Shown: positions 1 to 13,131, numbered from the stretch's first letter. The stretch: DNA of 64,000 bases from Escherichia coli (GCF_044324875.1 NZ_CP172185.1), one strand, 5' to 3'. Numbers and translations: made by a program. The notes: generated by a model from the sequence alone, not told the origin.

Positions 1-956
1 TGCAAGGCGAACCGGAAGTCAAAGTAGAGTCAGCCGAACGTCATCATGCGATGGTTAACTTCTGGCGAACCACACTTTCCTGCATTCTGGGGACGCTTTT
101 CTGGCTGTGGACGGGCTGGACTTCCGGCAGTGGTGCAATGGTGATGATTGCGGTAGTGACGTCACTGGCAATGCGTTTGCCGAATCCACGCATGGTGGCG
201 ATCGACTTTATCTACGGGACGCTGGCAGCGCTGCCGTTAGGGCTGCTCTACTTTTTGGTGATTATCCCTAATACTCAACAGAGCATGTTGCTGCTGTGTA
301 TTAGCCTGGCAGTGCTGGGATTCTTCCTCGGTATAGAAGTACAGAAACGGCGACTGGGCTCGATGGGGGCGCTGGCCAGCACCATAAATATTATCGTGCT
401 GGATAACCCGATGACTTTCCATTTCAGTCAGTTTCTCGACAGCGCATTAGGGCAAATCGTCGGCTGTGTGCTCGCGTTCACCGTTATTTTGCTGGTGCGG
501 GATAAATCGCGCGACAGGACTGGACGTGTACTGCTTAATCAGTTCGTTTCTGCTGCTGTTTCCGCGATGACTACCAATGTGGCACGTCGTAAAGAGAACC
601 ACCTCCCGGCACTTTATCAGCAGCTGTTTTTGCTGATGAATAAGTTCCCAGGGGATTTGCCGAAATTTCGCCTGGCGCTGACGATGATTATCGCGCACCA
701 GCGCCTGCGTGATGCGCCGATCCCGGTTAACGAGGATTTATCGGCGTTTCACCGACAAATGCGCCGCACAGCAGACCATGTGATATCTGCTCGTAGCGAT
801 GATAAACGTCGTCGGTACTTTGGCCAGTTGCTGGAAGAACTTGAAATCTATCAGGAAAAGCTACGCATCTGGCAAGCGCCACCGCAGGTGACGGAACCGG
901 TTCATCGGCTGGCGGGGATGCTCCATAAGTATCAACATGCGTTGACCGATAGTTAA
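1..956 (+). CDS. aaeB: C-terminal part of AaeB-like efflux pump subunit (FUSC family); 5' end lies outside the window
   Basis: Frame open from window edge to stop at 954-956; C-terminus matches my recollection of AaeB; hairpin plus T-run follows. Confidence 0.8.
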
Positions 957-963
957 GTCAAAA

Positions 964-989
964 CCGACGCCAAAAGCGTCGGTTTTTTC
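964..989 (+). terminator. Rho-independent terminator after aaeB
   Basis: CCGACGC-loop-GCGTCGG stem followed by TTTTTT. Confidence 0.7.
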
Positions 990-1047
990 ATGGCTATACT
1001 TAGCGATGAACGGCAGAACTCGCCGCGAAACGTGACGGTGGCAACAG

Positions 1048-1320
1048 ATGAATATTTATACCTTTGATTTTGATGAGATTGAGAGTCAGGAGGATTTTTA
1101 TCGCGACTTCAGCCAAGCCTTTGGTCTGGCGAAAGATAAGGTACGCGATCTCGACTCACTATGGGATGTGTTAATGAACGATGTCCTGCCGCTACCACTT
1201 GAGATTGAATTTGTTCATCTGGGAGAGAAAACGCGTCGCCGTTTTGGCGCGTTAATATTGCTGTTTGATGAGGCAGAGGAAGAGCTGGAAGGGCATTTGC
1301 GTTTTAATGTTCGTCATTAG
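1048..1320 (+). CDS. yhcO: Barstar-like putative ribonuclease inhibitor YhcO
   Basis: 90-aa [24 protein letters not shown]..., recognised as YhcO. Confidence 0.85.
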   Translation: MNIYTFDFDEIESQEDFYRDFSQAFGLAKDKVRDLDSLWDVLMNDVLPLPLEIEFVHLGEKTRRRFGALILLFDEAEEELEGHLRFNVRH

Positions 1321-1324
1321 CGCA

Positions 1325-1348
1325 AAAAAAAGCCCCCGAACCGGGGGC
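1325..1348 (-). terminator. Terminator hairpin downstream of yhcN
   Basis: GCCCCCG-AA-CCGGGGGC stem preceded by an A-run on the plus strand (U-run for the minus-strand transcript). Confidence 0.5.
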
Positions 1349-1375
1349 AATATCGTCGGACAAGACGATGAGGGT

Positions 1376-1639
1376 TTATTTGTACAGTTCAGCCGTAGCG
1401 TGCCAGGTGTCACCGCTACGAGCTTCAGTAATCTGGTAGGCCGTTGCGCCTTTCTCTTCCGCTTTTTTGTTCAGCATTTCACGCATATCCATTGGCGAAG
1501 ACGCCACACCACTTACGGATACGGTCCCGATTGCTTCACGATTTTGTGCTTGTGCAGCATCAATGGAGTCGGCAGCGAATGCACCGAAAGAGAGAACAGA
1601 AAGTACGCTTAATGCAGCAACAGTGGTTTTGATTTTCAT
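1376..1639 (-). CDS. yhcN: Stress-induced periplasmic DUF1471 protein YhcN
   Basis: ORF 1376-1690; start taken at internal ATG giving MKIKTTVAALSVLSVLSFGAFA signal peptide (87 aa). Confidence 0.85.
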   Translation of the reverse strand: MKIKTTVAALSVLSVLSFGAFAADSIDAAQAQNREAIGTVSVSGVASSPMDMREMLNKKAEEKGATAYQITEARSGDTWHATAELYK

Positions 1640-2003
1640 GATTTTTACCTCGACATAATCTTTTAGCTGGGCCTTTGTTTCGTGACCCATATCACAAAAT
1701 CAAGTATACACTAATTATTGAACTAATTAATACCACGCTAACTGTTTCAGTTGATACTAAGTGTTAAAAATGTGAGTTTTAATAACAAAAAAGAATTAAA
1801 AACACGGTTATTTATTATTAATTCTATTGTTTTCAATTAGATAATGAATTTTGCATAATGTGCTTTTTTTACCGTATGTATTCATTGTGTGAATGACATG
1901 TCGCAGTAAAACGCACTATTCGTTAAATTAATCGGAGAGGAAAGCAGGGGGTTGAGAGGGATAAGCAACATTTTCCCCGCCGCCAGAAGCGACGGGGCAG
2001 AGA

Positions 2004-2477
<474 letters not shown>

Positions 2478-2496
2478 TCACCCGATATGGTGGTTG

Positions 2497-2537
2497 ATAC
2501 AACATTATTGTGCATACAGATGAATTTTTATGCAAAC
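2497..2537 (-). promoter_or_regulatory. Putative tandem ARG boxes (ArgR autoregulation) in argR promoter
   Basis: TGCATA...TGAATTTTTATGCA palindromic motifs resembling the ARG box consensus, just upstream of argR. Confidence 0.45.
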
Positions 2538-2833
2538 AGTCAGCCCTGAAGAAGGCTGAAATAATGTTATGAAAGAGCGGGATTTTATCAAATTTCGTTA
2601 TTGAGAAACATGCCTGCGTCACGGCATGCAAATTCTGCTTAAAAGTAAATTAATTGTTATCAAATTGATGTTGTTTTGGCTGAACGGTAGGGTATATTGT
2701 CACCACCTGTTGGAATGTTGCGCTAATGCATAAGCGACTGTTAATTACGTAAGTTAGGTTCCTGATTACGGCAATTAAATGCATAAACGCTAAACTTGCG
2801 TGACTACACATTCTTGAGATGTGGTCATTGTAA

Positions 2834-3847
<1,014 letters not shown>

Positions 3848-3863
3848 TTGATTAGCGGATAAT

Positions 3864-3897
3864 AAAAAACCGGAGCACAGACTCCGGTTTTTTGTTT
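3864..3897. terminator. Bidirectional terminator between convergent mdh and degS
   Basis: ACCGGAG-loop-CTCCGGT stem flanked by A-run and T-run. Confidence 0.7.
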
Positions 3898-3909
3898 TGA
3901 GCGCACGAC

Positions 3910-4977
3910 TTAATTGGTTGCCGGATATTCCTGAATGGTGACCTGCAGCGTTAACTGCTTATCATCACGCATCACTACAACCGGGATCACCGAGCCAGGG
4001 CGAATTTCCGCCACCTGATCCATCGTCTCCAGAGCAGAGATGGCCGGTTTGTTATCCACCGAAATAATCAAATCGTTGACCTGAATACCCGCATTCGCCG
4101 CCGGGCCGTCAGGTGACACTTCATTAACCACGATCCCTTGCAGTTGATCTATACCACCGCCCTGCGCGTGCAGTGGTGCGATCTCACGTCCGCCGATACC
4201 AATGTAGCCGCGGATCACGCGACCATCGCGGATCAGCTTATCCATAATTTTGGTTGCTAACTGGAAAGGAATCGCAAAGCCGATGCCTTCCGGCGTTTCG
4301 CCATCGTTACTCTTATCAAACGATAGCGTGTTAATGCCCATCAGTTCGCCCAGCGAGTTCACCAGCGCGCCGCCAGAGTTACCGTGGTTAATGGAAGCAT
4401 CAGTTTGCAGGAAGTTTTGCCGCCCGGTTGGGTTCAGACCAATTCGACCCGTGGCACTAATAATCCCCTGGGTAATGGTCTGCCCGAGGTTGTACGGGTT
4501 ACCGATCGCCAGTACCACGTCGCCAATGTGCGGTACGCGACGTGCATTGATTGGAATAGTAGGTAAACCGCCAGTGGCATTAATTTTAAGTACCGCCAGA
4601 TCGGTTAGAGAGTCAGATCCCACCAGCAATGCTTCAAATACACGTCCATCCTGTAAGGCGACGATGATCTGATCGGCGTCGTTGATGACGTGTTTATTGG
4701 TGATGATATAACCGCGTTGATCCATGATTACACCGGATCCCAGGGTGCGGATCTCAAGCTGGTTGTGAGAGTTGGTGTTCAAACCTCGGTTGTAAACGTT
4801 AACCACCGCTGGCGCGGCGCGGCGAACCGCCAGATTATAGCTGGCAGGCGTCTCATCGGTACTGTCAAATTGCGGAGTGGAAAGCGGGTTAAGGCTGCGC
4901 AGCGAAGGCATGGCAACCAGCAGAATAGCGCCGACAATTAATCCAATCGCAACGGAACGTAAGAGCTTCACAAACAT
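3910..4977 (-). CDS. degS: Serine endoprotease DegS (sigma-E pathway)
   Basis: 355-aa ORF MFVKLLRSVAIGLIVGAILLVAMPSLR..., trypsin-like plus PDZ. Confidence 0.95.
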   Translation of the reverse strand: MFVKLLRSVAIGLIVGAILLVAMPSLRSLNPLSTPQFDSTDETPASYNLAVRRAAPAVVNVYNRGLNTNSHNQLEIRTLGSGVIMDQRGYIITNKHVINDADQIIVALQDGRVFEALLVGSDSLTDLAVLKINATGGLPTIPINARRVPHIGDVVLAIGNPYNLGQTITQGIISATGRIGLNPTGRQNFLQTDASINHGNSGGALVNSLGELMGINTLSFDKSNDGETPEGIGFAIPFQLATKIMDKLIRDGRVIRGYIGIGGREIAPLHAQGGGIDQLQGIVVNEVSPDGPAANAGIQVNDLIISVDNKPAISALETMDQVAEIRPGSVIPVVVMRDDKQLTLQVTIQEYPATN

Positions 4978-5066
4978 GATGGAGGCGTCATTAAAAAAGG
5001 GAACGGCAGCAGCATACCACGAGTTAACCGGACATCACACGTCAGCCTGATGCCCGGTTTACGACA

Positions 5067-6434
5067 TTAACGCATCAGCAGATAGATGCTTTCATTGCCG
5101 CGTACAATTTGCAGGGCGATGATGGCCGGTTTTGCCGCCAGCACTTTACGCATTTCAGCAATCGAGTTCACCCGATCGCGGTTGACGCCAATGATCACAT
5201 CGTCTTTTTGCAAGCCTGCCTGAGCAGCTGGGCTTCCTTTGACAACCTCATCGATCTTAATACCTTTGCCGCCATCTTTTAGCTGACCATCGCTCAACGT
5301 TGCACCTTCAAGCGCTGGCGTGATCATTTCAGCGCTGGCCGACGAAGAGGTGCTGGTATCGAGCGTCACTTCTACTTCCAGTGGTTTGCCGTTACGCAGC
5401 AGGCCAAGCTTCACTTTCGTGCCCGGCTCGGTGGTTGCGATACGAGAGCGCAACTCAGCAAAGCTATTCAGCGGTTTGCCGTTGAGGCTGGTAATAATAT
5501 CGCCCGCTTTGATGCCCGCTTTTGCCGAGCCAGAACCTGGCAACACTTCGCTGACAAACGCGCCACGCTGCACGTCAAGGTTGAAGGCTTTGGCGATATC
5601 GGCACTCATCTCTGTGCCTTTGATGCCTAACAGACCGCGTTTGATTTCACCAAAGTCGATAAGCTGCTGCGCCAGTGTTCGCGCCATATTACTGGGGATG
5701 GCAAATCCAATCCCGACGCTCCCGCCACCAGGCGCAAGGATTGCCGTGTTGATGCCAATTAACTCACCGTTAAGATTTAACAGTGCACCGCCGGAGTTAC
5801 CGCGGTTAATGGAAGCATCTGTCTGGATAAAGTTTTCCAGACCTTCAAGATTCAACCCACTGCGGCCTAATGCTGACACAATGCCAGAGGTGGCGGTTTG
5901 CCCAAGGCCAAATGGGTTACCGACCGCCACGGCAAAATCACCGACGCGCAATTTATCGGAGTCGGCAATAGCGATTTGCGTTAATTTGCTCGGGTTTTGA
6001 ATTTGCAACAGGGCGATATCGCTCTGGTCATCGCTACCAATCAGTTTTGCATCAAACTCGCGCCCATCATTGAGCTGGATACTGATTTTCTGTGCCTGAT
6101 TAATCACATGGTTGTTGGTAAGCACATAGCCTTTACTGGCGTTGATGATGACACCGGAGCCTAAACCTTCGAAGGGTTGTGCAGGTTGATCCGGTAAATC
6201 ATCACCAAAAAACTTTTTGAATTCTTCCGGGATTTTCTGTCCCTGACTGGCCGTTCCTTCCACCCGTACGCTCACCACTGCCGGAAGCACTTTTTCCAGC
6301 ATTGGGGCCAGACTGGGGAGAGGGGCCTGATCGGCAACCTGGCCTGGAATCGACGCAACGGCCTGAAATGACGCCGAGAGAGTTAACCCGACACTTAACG
6401 CTAATGCACTCAACAGCTGGGTTTGTTTTTTCAT
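5067..6434 (-). CDS. degQ: Periplasmic serine endoprotease DegQ
   Basis: ORF 5067-6476; start taken at internal ATG giving MKKQTQLLSALALSVGLTLSASFQAVA (455 aa). Confidence 0.93.
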   Translation of the reverse strand: MKKQTQLLSALALSVGLTLSASFQAVASIPGQVADQAPLPSLAPMLEKVLPAVVSVRVEGTASQGQKIPEEFKKFFGDDLPDQPAQPFEGLGSGVIINASKGYVLTNNHVINQAQKISIQLNDGREFDAKLIGSDDQSDIALLQIQNPSKLTQIAIADSDKLRVGDFAVAVGNPFGLGQTATSGIVSALGRSGLNLEGLENFIQTDASINRGNSGGALLNLNGELIGINTAILAPGGGSVGIGFAIPSNMARTLAQQLIDFGEIKRGLLGIKGTEMSADIAKAFNLDVQRGAFVSEVLPGSGSAKAGIKAGDIITSLNGKPLNSFAELRSRIATTEPGTKVKLGLLRNGKPLEVEVTLDTSTSSSASAEMITPALEGATLSDGQLKDGGKGIKIDEVVKGSPAAQAGLQKDDVIIGVNRDRVNSIAEMRKVLAAKPAIIALQIVRGNESIYLLMR

Positions 6435-6587
6435 TATTCCTGCTCTCGTACCTGAATGATAAGAAAAGAGATTCAAAACAGTTTGATGTTATTGAATTTT
6501 CAGACGGCTAACAATGAGACACCAGATTAAATGATAGTCGGGGAGGGGGAGAAGAGGAGGGCGCAATGGCTGCGCCCGAAAAATAAA

Positions 6588-6986
6588 TTAGTCGCGCTTC
6601 GCGCCAGTACGCAGCAGGCCGGACGCGCCTTCAGAATAGTCGCGAGGCATCTGCACCGGTGCCTGATCGTTGCTGGCTTCAGACTCTGCCAGACGATTAC
6701 GGAACGGGTTTGCTTCAGCAGACAGTTCCGGCAGCAGGCTGCTGGAGCTTTTCGCCATGTGTTGATACAGCTGGCGATAGTCGTGCGCCATGGTATCCAG
6801 TAATTCCGCGCTGCGGGCAAAGTGGCTGACCAGCTCTTCGCGATACTCGTCCAGTTCAGCTTTATTCTTTTCCAGTTCGTACTGCAACGCCTGTTGCTGG
6901 CGTAGTTTACGATTACCAAAACGCATGGCCACAGCACCAATAATGATGCCGACGACTAACCCAATTAGCGCATATTCCCAGGTCAT
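6588..6986 (-). CDS. zapG: Inner-membrane divisome-associated protein ZapG (YhcB)
   Basis: ORF 6588-6992; start at MTWEYALIGLVVGIIIGAVAMRFG (132 aa). Confidence 0.9.
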   Translation of the reverse strand: MTWEYALIGLVVGIIIGAVAMRFGNRKLRQQQALQYELEKNKAELDEYREELVSHFARSAELLDTMAHDYRQLYQHMAKSSSSLLPELSAEANPFRNRLAESEASNDQAPVQMPRDYSEGASGLLRTGAKRD

Positions 6987-7178
6987 GAACATCTCCCGTT
7001 GTCTTTTGTTTCCGTAGGGTGTTGGCTTCAGGCTCCATGCCTGCGGCTGATTATGCCACTATAACCGTTAATTCCACAGAAGTGGAATCCCGACTGCATA
7101 TCGCGTAGTGTAGAACGGCCTTTTTTCGTCAACCGTGAACAACGGCGCACCGATTATTCAAGGAATAACAATAAGATC

Positions 7179-8306
7179 ATGCAAAGCGTTACCCCAACAT
7201 CGCAATACCTGAAGGCGCTCAATGAAGGCAGCCATCAACCCGACGACGTTCAAAAAGAGGCCGTCAGCCGCCTGGAAATTATTTATCAGGAACTCATCAA
7301 TAGCACGCCACCAGCCCCCAGGACGAGTGGGCTAATGGCGCGGGTTGGTAAGCTGTGGGGTAAACGTGAAGACACAAAGCATACGCCAGTGCGTGGCTTA
7401 TATATGTGGGGCGGGGTAGGACGCGGGAAAACCTGGCTGATGGACCTTTTCTATCAAAGCCTGCCGGGAGAGCGGAAACAGCGTCTGCACTTTCACCGTT
7501 TTATGCTGCGGGTACATGAAGAGCTAACTGCTTTGCAGGGGCAGACCGATCCGCTGGAAATTATTGCCGATCGCTTTAAAGCAGAAACTGACGTGCTCTG
7601 TTTTGACGAATTTTTTGTTTCTGATATTACCGATGCCATGCTACTTGGCGGTCTGATGAAAGCCCTGTTCGCCCGCGGTATTACCCTGGTAGCGACGTCA
7701 AATATTCCGCCGGACGAACTTTATCGAAATGGCCTACAACGTGCGCGTTTTTTGCCTGCAATCGATGCCATTAAACAGTATTGTGATGTAATGAACGTGG
7801 ACGCTGGTGTTGATTATCGACTGCGTACACTCACTCAGGCGCATCTGTGGCTTTCGCCCCTCAACGATGAAACCCGGGCGCAAATGGATAAACTATGGTT
7901 GGCGCTGGCGGGGGCGAAACGAGAAAATTCACCGACGTTAGAAATCAACCATCGGCCATTGGCGACAATGGGCGTCGAGAACCAGACGCTGGCGGTCTCT
8001 TTTACTACGCTGTGCGTCGACGCCCGCAGTCAGCATGACTATATTGCGCTCTCACGCCTCTTTCACACGGTCATGTTGTTTGATGTACCAGTTATGACGC
8101 GGTTGATGGAGAGCGAAGCGCGGCGCTTTATTGCGCTGGTGGATGAGTTTTACGAGCGCCATGTCAAATTAGTGGTGAGTGCAGAAGTGCCGCTGTATGA
8201 AATTTATCAGGGCGAGCGGCTGAAGTTTGAGTTCCAGCGTTGCCTGTCACGTCTGCAAGAGATGCAAAGCGAAGAGTATTTGAAGCGTGAGCATTTAGCG
8301 GGTTAA
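7179..8306 (+). CDS. zapE: AFG1-like ATPase ZapE (YhcM)
   Basis: 375-aa ORF with Walker A GVGRGKT. Confidence 0.93.
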   Translation: MQSVTPTSQYLKALNEGSHQPDDVQKEAVSRLEIIYQELINSTPPAPRTSGLMARVGKLWGKREDTKHTPVRGLYMWGGVGRGKTWLMDLFYQSLPGERKQRLHFHRFMLRVHEELTALQGQTDPLEIIADRFKAETDVLCFDEFFVSDITDAMLLGGLMKALFARGITLVATSNIPPDELYRNGLQRARFLPAIDAIKQYCDVMNVDAGVDYRLRTLTQAHLWLSPLNDETRAQMDKLWLALAGAKRENSPTLEINHRPLATMGVENQTLAVSFTTLCVDARSQHDYIALSRLFHTVMLFDVPVMTRLMESEARRFIALVDEFYERHVKLVVSAEVPLYEIYQGERLKFEFQRCLSRLQEMQSEEYLKREHLAG

Positions 8307-8437
8307 AACCTGCCACAAATCACAAAAAGGGGTCGATCTTTGACCCCGACTTCTCTATAATCCTGCGACCCCACGTTACAAGAAAGTTTTTTTCCCAAAA
8401 CTTTTTGTGTGCTGGCATAGGCTATTCGAAGGGGTAG

Positions 8438-8953
<516 letters not shown>

Positions 8954-8965
8954 TCGGGATTATAG

Positions 8966-9361
<396 letters not shown>

Positions 9362-9393
9362 TTGGCTTCTGCTCCGGCAGAAAACAATTTGCG

Positions 9394-9421
9394 AAAAAAC
9401 CCGCTTCGGCGGGTTTTTTTA
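9394..9421 (+). terminator. Rho-independent terminator of rplM-rpsI
   Basis: ACCCGC-TTCG-GCGGGT stem followed by TTTTTTT. Confidence 0.8.
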
Positions 9422-9515
9422 TGGCCTAAGTCCGAATCCAGCCTCTTTTCCTTCTCACTACAGCATTATTCTCTGTAAACGGTATTTTCCTCGCACTATA
9501 GAAAAGGATATCGCG

Positions 9516-10310
9516 ATGGGATTTTTTAATACATTGTTTAATAAGAAAGAATCATTAACGCTGTCGAATAAATGGGAATTCTTTATTACCACGGTGGAAG
9601 ATAATGTAACGGGCATACGTGTAGATATTGGCGCAATTGAGGACGAAAAATTTGATCGTCTTATCCACACATGGTTTTTACGTGTCCGTTATACTGACTG
9701 TTATGAAAACGGTTTTCCGCAACCTGATGAAACACAGCGTTTAAATCGTATTGAGGACTGGCTTGAGGCGCAGGGTAAAACACTACCGATCTGGCTAGTG
9801 GGTGTGGTTACGCAACAAGGTTCACGCGATTTTGTTTTCCAGTCAGAAAAAGACCTGGACTGGGAAAAGACATTGGATAAATTGTTGGCAGGTGGCCCGG
9901 AGCTCGCTTGCAGCTTTAATGAGAGTAAAAACGACCACGGAAATTACTACCGCCAGTTTTTGTATCCAACCAAATACGACTGGAACTGGATACACGATTC
10001 CCGAGTATGCCGCGGGTTACTGGAGCATGGTGACGATTTGACTCTCCCACGCACCATCGATTATTACGCGACATTGCCGACAGAAACTGCGGCCCACGCC
10101 TTTGTGGAGGACGTGACGAAATTGCCATATGGCATCACGCTGGTGAGCATTCGGATGAACGACCAACAACCGGAGTATATGGCGTCATTGATTAACACTG
10201 ATGCTCCGGAACAATGGCATATGACCGATATCACATGCCAGCTTACCGATTTGGCGGAAAAGCATGGAGGTAGTTTTGATGGCTGGGGCGCACCGATAGC
10301 AACGGCATAA
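9516..10310 (+). CDS. Accessory protein, apparent DUF695 N-terminal domain fused to an RraB-like (regulator of RNase activity B fold) C-terminal domain
   Basis: First ATG after the rpsI terminator in ORF 9285-10310, AAGGA RBS about 9 nt upstream; 264 aa; C-terminal ...QLTDLAEKHGGSFDGWGAPIA resembles the RraB family; no gene at this site in K-12 as I recall. Confidence 0.6.
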   Translation: MGFFNTLFNKKESLTLSNKWEFFITTVEDNVTGIRVDIGAIEDEKFDRLIHTWFLRVRYTDCYENGFPQPDETQRLNRIEDWLEAQGKTLPIWLVGVVTQQGSRDFVFQSEKDLDWEKTLDKLLAGGPELACSFNESKNDHGNYYRQFLYPTKYDWNWIHDSRVCRGLLEHGDDLTLPRTIDYYATLPTETAAHAFVEDVTKLPYGITLVSIRMNDQQPEYMASLINTDAPEQWHMTDITCQLTDLAEKHGGSFDGWGAPIATA

Positions 10311-10578
10311 AGGTTTAAAACAACATTCCCGGTGGGGACTAAGTCAAGCATTTCAGACTAAAGCGCATCTCTTTTTCCCCATTTCCGGCATCGACTCACC
10401 ACAAAGGTCGCAAAATCTGGTAAACTATCATCCAATTTTCTGCCCAAATGTCGGGTATTGCTCATTTTTTGTTTAATTTTCGAACAAAGAGAGTCGTTCC
10501 TTACTGGGTAACACAACTTCTGACTGGCCACCTGGTGGCTGGTAGCAGTAAAAATTCTGACTATACCTGGAGGTTTTC

Positions 10579-11217
10579 ATGGCTGTCGCTGCCAACAAAC
10601 GTTCGGTAATGACGCTGTTTTCCGGTCCTACTGACATCTATAGCCATCAGGTCCGCATTGTGCTGGCTGAGAAAGGTGTAAGTTTCGAGATCGAACACGT
10701 GGAAAAGGACAATCCGCCTCAGGATCTGATTGACCTCAACCCGAATCAGAGCGTTCCGACCCTGGTGGATCGTGAGCTGACCCTGTGGGAATCTCGCATC
10801 ATTATGGAATATCTGGATGAGCGTTTCCCGCATCCGCCACTGATGCCTGTTTACCCGGTAGCTCGCGGTGAAAGCCGTCTGTACATGCATCGCATCGAAA
10901 AAGACTGGTACACGCTGATGAACACCATCATCAACGGTTCAGCTTCTGAAGCAGATGCCGCACGTAAGCAACTGCGCGAAGAACTGCTGGCGATTGCGCC
11001 GGTCTTCGGTCAGAAGCCGTACTTCCTGAGCGATGAGTTCAGCCTGGTCGATTGCTACCTTGCTCCGCTGCTGTGGCGTCTGCCGCAACTGGGTATCGAG
11101 TTCAGCGGCCCGGGTGCGAAAGAGCTGAAAGGCTATATGACCCGCGTCTTTGAGCGTGACTCTTTCCTTGCTTCTTTAACTGAAGCTGAACGTGAAATGC
11201 GTCTGGGCCGGAGTTAA
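10579..11217 (+). CDS. sspA: Stringent starvation protein A
   Basis: 212-aa ORF MAVAANKRSVMTLFSGPTDIYSHQVRIVLAEKGV..., GGAGG RBS. Confidence 0.96.
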   Translation: MAVAANKRSVMTLFSGPTDIYSHQVRIVLAEKGVSFEIEHVEKDNPPQDLIDLNPNQSVPTLVDRELTLWESRIIMEYLDERFPHPPLMPVYPVARGESRLYMHRIEKDWYTLMNTIINGSASEADAARKQLREELLAIAPVFGQKPYFLSDEFSLVDCYLAPLLWRLPQLGIEFSGPGAKELKGYMTRVFERDSFLASLTEAEREMRLGRS

Positions 11218-11222
11218 TCTGT

Positions 11223-11720
11223 ATGGATTTGTCACAGCTAACACCACGTCGTCCCTATCTGCTGCGTGCATTCTATGAGTGGTTGCTGGATAACCAGCTC
11301 ACGCCGCACCTGGTGGTGGATGTGACGCTCCCTGGCGTGCAGGTTCCTATGGAATATGCGCGTGACGGGCAAATCGTACTCAACATTGCGCCGCGTGCTG
11401 TCGGCAATCTGGAACTGGCGAATGATGAGGTGCGCTTTAACGCGCGCTTTGGTGGCATTCCGCGTCAGGTTTCTGTGCCGCTGGCTGCCGTGCTGGCTAT
11501 CTACGCCCGTGAAAATGGCGCAGGCACGATGTTTGAACCTGAAGCTGCCTATGATGAAGATGCCAACATCATGAATGATGAAGAGGCATCGGCAGACAAC
11601 GAAACCGTTATGTCGGTTATTGATGGCGACAAGCCAGATCACGATGATGACACTCATCCTGACGATGAACCACCGCAGCCACCACGTGGTGGTCGACCAG
11701 CATTACGCGTTGTGAAGTAA
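11223..11720 (+). CDS. sspB: ClpXP adaptor SspB
   Basis: 165-aa ORF MDLSQLTPRRPYLLRAFYEWLLDNQLTPHLVVDV... Confidence 0.95.
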   Translation: MDLSQLTPRRPYLLRAFYEWLLDNQLTPHLVVDVTLPGVQVPMEYARDGQIVLNIAPRAVGNLELANDEVRFNARFGGIPRQVSVPLAAVLAIYARENGAGTMFEPEAAYDEDANIMNDEEASADNETVMSVIDGDKPDHDDDTHPDDEPPQPPRGGRPALRVVK

Positions 11721-11724
11721 TACT

Positions 11725-11757
11725 AAAACAGGCCCTGGCGGCCTGTTTTGTCTTTTT
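11725..11757. terminator. Bidirectional terminator between sspB and dcuD
   Basis: AAAACAGGCC-CTGGC-GGCCTGTTTT stem followed by a T-run. Confidence 0.75.
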
Positions 11758-11763
11758 AATCGC

Positions 11764-13131
11764 TTAATAAAATAGCGTGATAGTGGCAATCATATTCACC
11801 ACGAAACCGACTGCCATGGGGATCGCTGTCCGCTTCACTACCGCAAAAGGCGAAACGCCTGCAATTCCTGACGTAACGACCACCACCGCAGTAATCGGCG
11901 AAACAGCGCGCGCTAGCGTCGTGGCAAAATGCATCGGCATAATCATTACAACCGCTGGTACATGTAGTCCGGCTGCGATATTCGGAATAAGACTGGCAAA
12001 TGACATAAACGGCGCATTGCCTGAGCCCATCACAATGGCACAAATGGCAATGACCAGCGCCATAATAATCATCACGCCAATACCGCCCAGGCCAGAATGC
12101 TCCGCACCCCTGATAACCGCATCGACAGTGCCAATCGTCGTTAAGCCTTTCGCAAATATTTCACCCGCGACCACCAGCGTTACCACGTTGGCAAACTGCG
12201 TACCCATGCCGTCAAAAAACGCCTGCACATCGTCCATTGTTTCGCGCAAGTTATGCTTGCGGAAGAACTCAACAAACATCGTCACCGTCAAACTCAGTAA
12301 CATCACCACCACCAGATGCAGTTCTGACTGCATCAGCCCGACGTGGGCAAGGAACAGCGAGCCGAGCATCAGGATTAACGGCATCACAGGTAAAATGGCG
12401 TAATAGAGCGGCGGGACATTATCGAGAGCTTTTTGCTCTGCCTGTTCGTGATTGATATTTTTATCTTTTTTGTCGAAAGCGCGTTGCACGAAAAAGTGGG
12501 AGATCGCCACCGAGATAATGACGCAAGAGGCGACCGGAAGCTGGTAGTGGAAGAAGTAAGTGGCAATTTTCATTCCTGCTACCTGGGCAGCAAAAATGGA
12601 GTTCGTTTCCAGAATCCCCCACTCAATGGACATGGTGGTTGCGATAACCGCCACCGCAGAGAGACGACTTACTCCCAGACTCACCAGCGTCGGAAATAAG
12701 GTGACCATCAGCAACATACCCAGACCGGAGGCGCTGGTAATAAACTGCGCCATGATTTGGCCGATGACGTAAGTTGCCGACAGAATAATATACGGCGAGC
12801 GAATAAGTTTTAACGGGCGGCTTAACAAGCTCACCATCGCACGACTGGCCCCTATGCGCTCCATATAGCGGGCATAACCGCCCACTGCCATAATCGACAG
12901 CCCCAATCCGGCAATGCGGTTGGACAGCATGCGCAGGATTTCATTATAAATATCGACGATCAAGTAGCCGCTGCTTTTGGCGGGATCGAGCACACCACCG
13001 AACCCTAACCAGACACCGCACATCATCAGGAAGATACCTGCGGCAGCCAGCACCACCTGAGGTTTGTAGTTTTTCAGGATCAAATAGCCCATCGTAATTA
13101 ATACGATGACAGATATAATTATGCCGAACAT
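11764..13131 (-). CDS. dcuD: Anaerobic C4-dicarboxylate transporter (DcuC family) DcuD
   Basis: ORF 11764-13149; start taken at [25 protein letters not shown] (455 aa). Confidence 0.9.
   Translation of the reverse strand: MFGIIISVIVLITMGYLILKNYKPQVVLAAAGIFLMMCGVWLGFGGVLDPAKSSGYLIVDIYNEILRMLSNRIAGLGLSIMAVGGYARYMERIGASRAMVSLLSRPLKLIRSPYIILSATYVIGQIMAQFITSASGLGMLLMVTLFPTLVSLGVSRLSAVAVIATTMSIEWGILETNSIFAAQVAGMKIATYFFHYQLPVASCVIISVAISHFFVQRAFDKKDKNINHEQAEQKALDNVPPLYYAILPVMPLILMLGSLFLAHVGLMQSELHLVVVMLLSLTVTMFVEFFRKHNLRETMDDVQAFFDGMGTQFANVVTLVVAGEIFAKGLTTIGTVDAVIRGAEHSGLGGIGVMIIMALVIAICAIVMGSGNAPFMSFASLIPNIAAGLHVPAVVMIMPMHFATTLARAVSPITAVVVVTSGIAGVSPFAVVKRTAIPMAVGFVVNMIATITLFY

Noticed and set aside
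1265-1612. 115-aa plus-strand ORF overlapping the yhcO 3' end and yhcN
   Set aside because: Overlaps two well-supported genes and a terminator; no independent support
1970-2003. GC-rich imperfect hairpin just downstream of argR
   Set aside because: No U-run on the argR strand and an imperfect stem; not called as a terminator
5320-6000. 226-aa ORF on the plus strand
   Set aside because: Entirely antisense within degQ; no RBS and no recognisable protein features
11777-12403. 208-aa plus-strand ORF
   Set aside because: Antisense within dcuD
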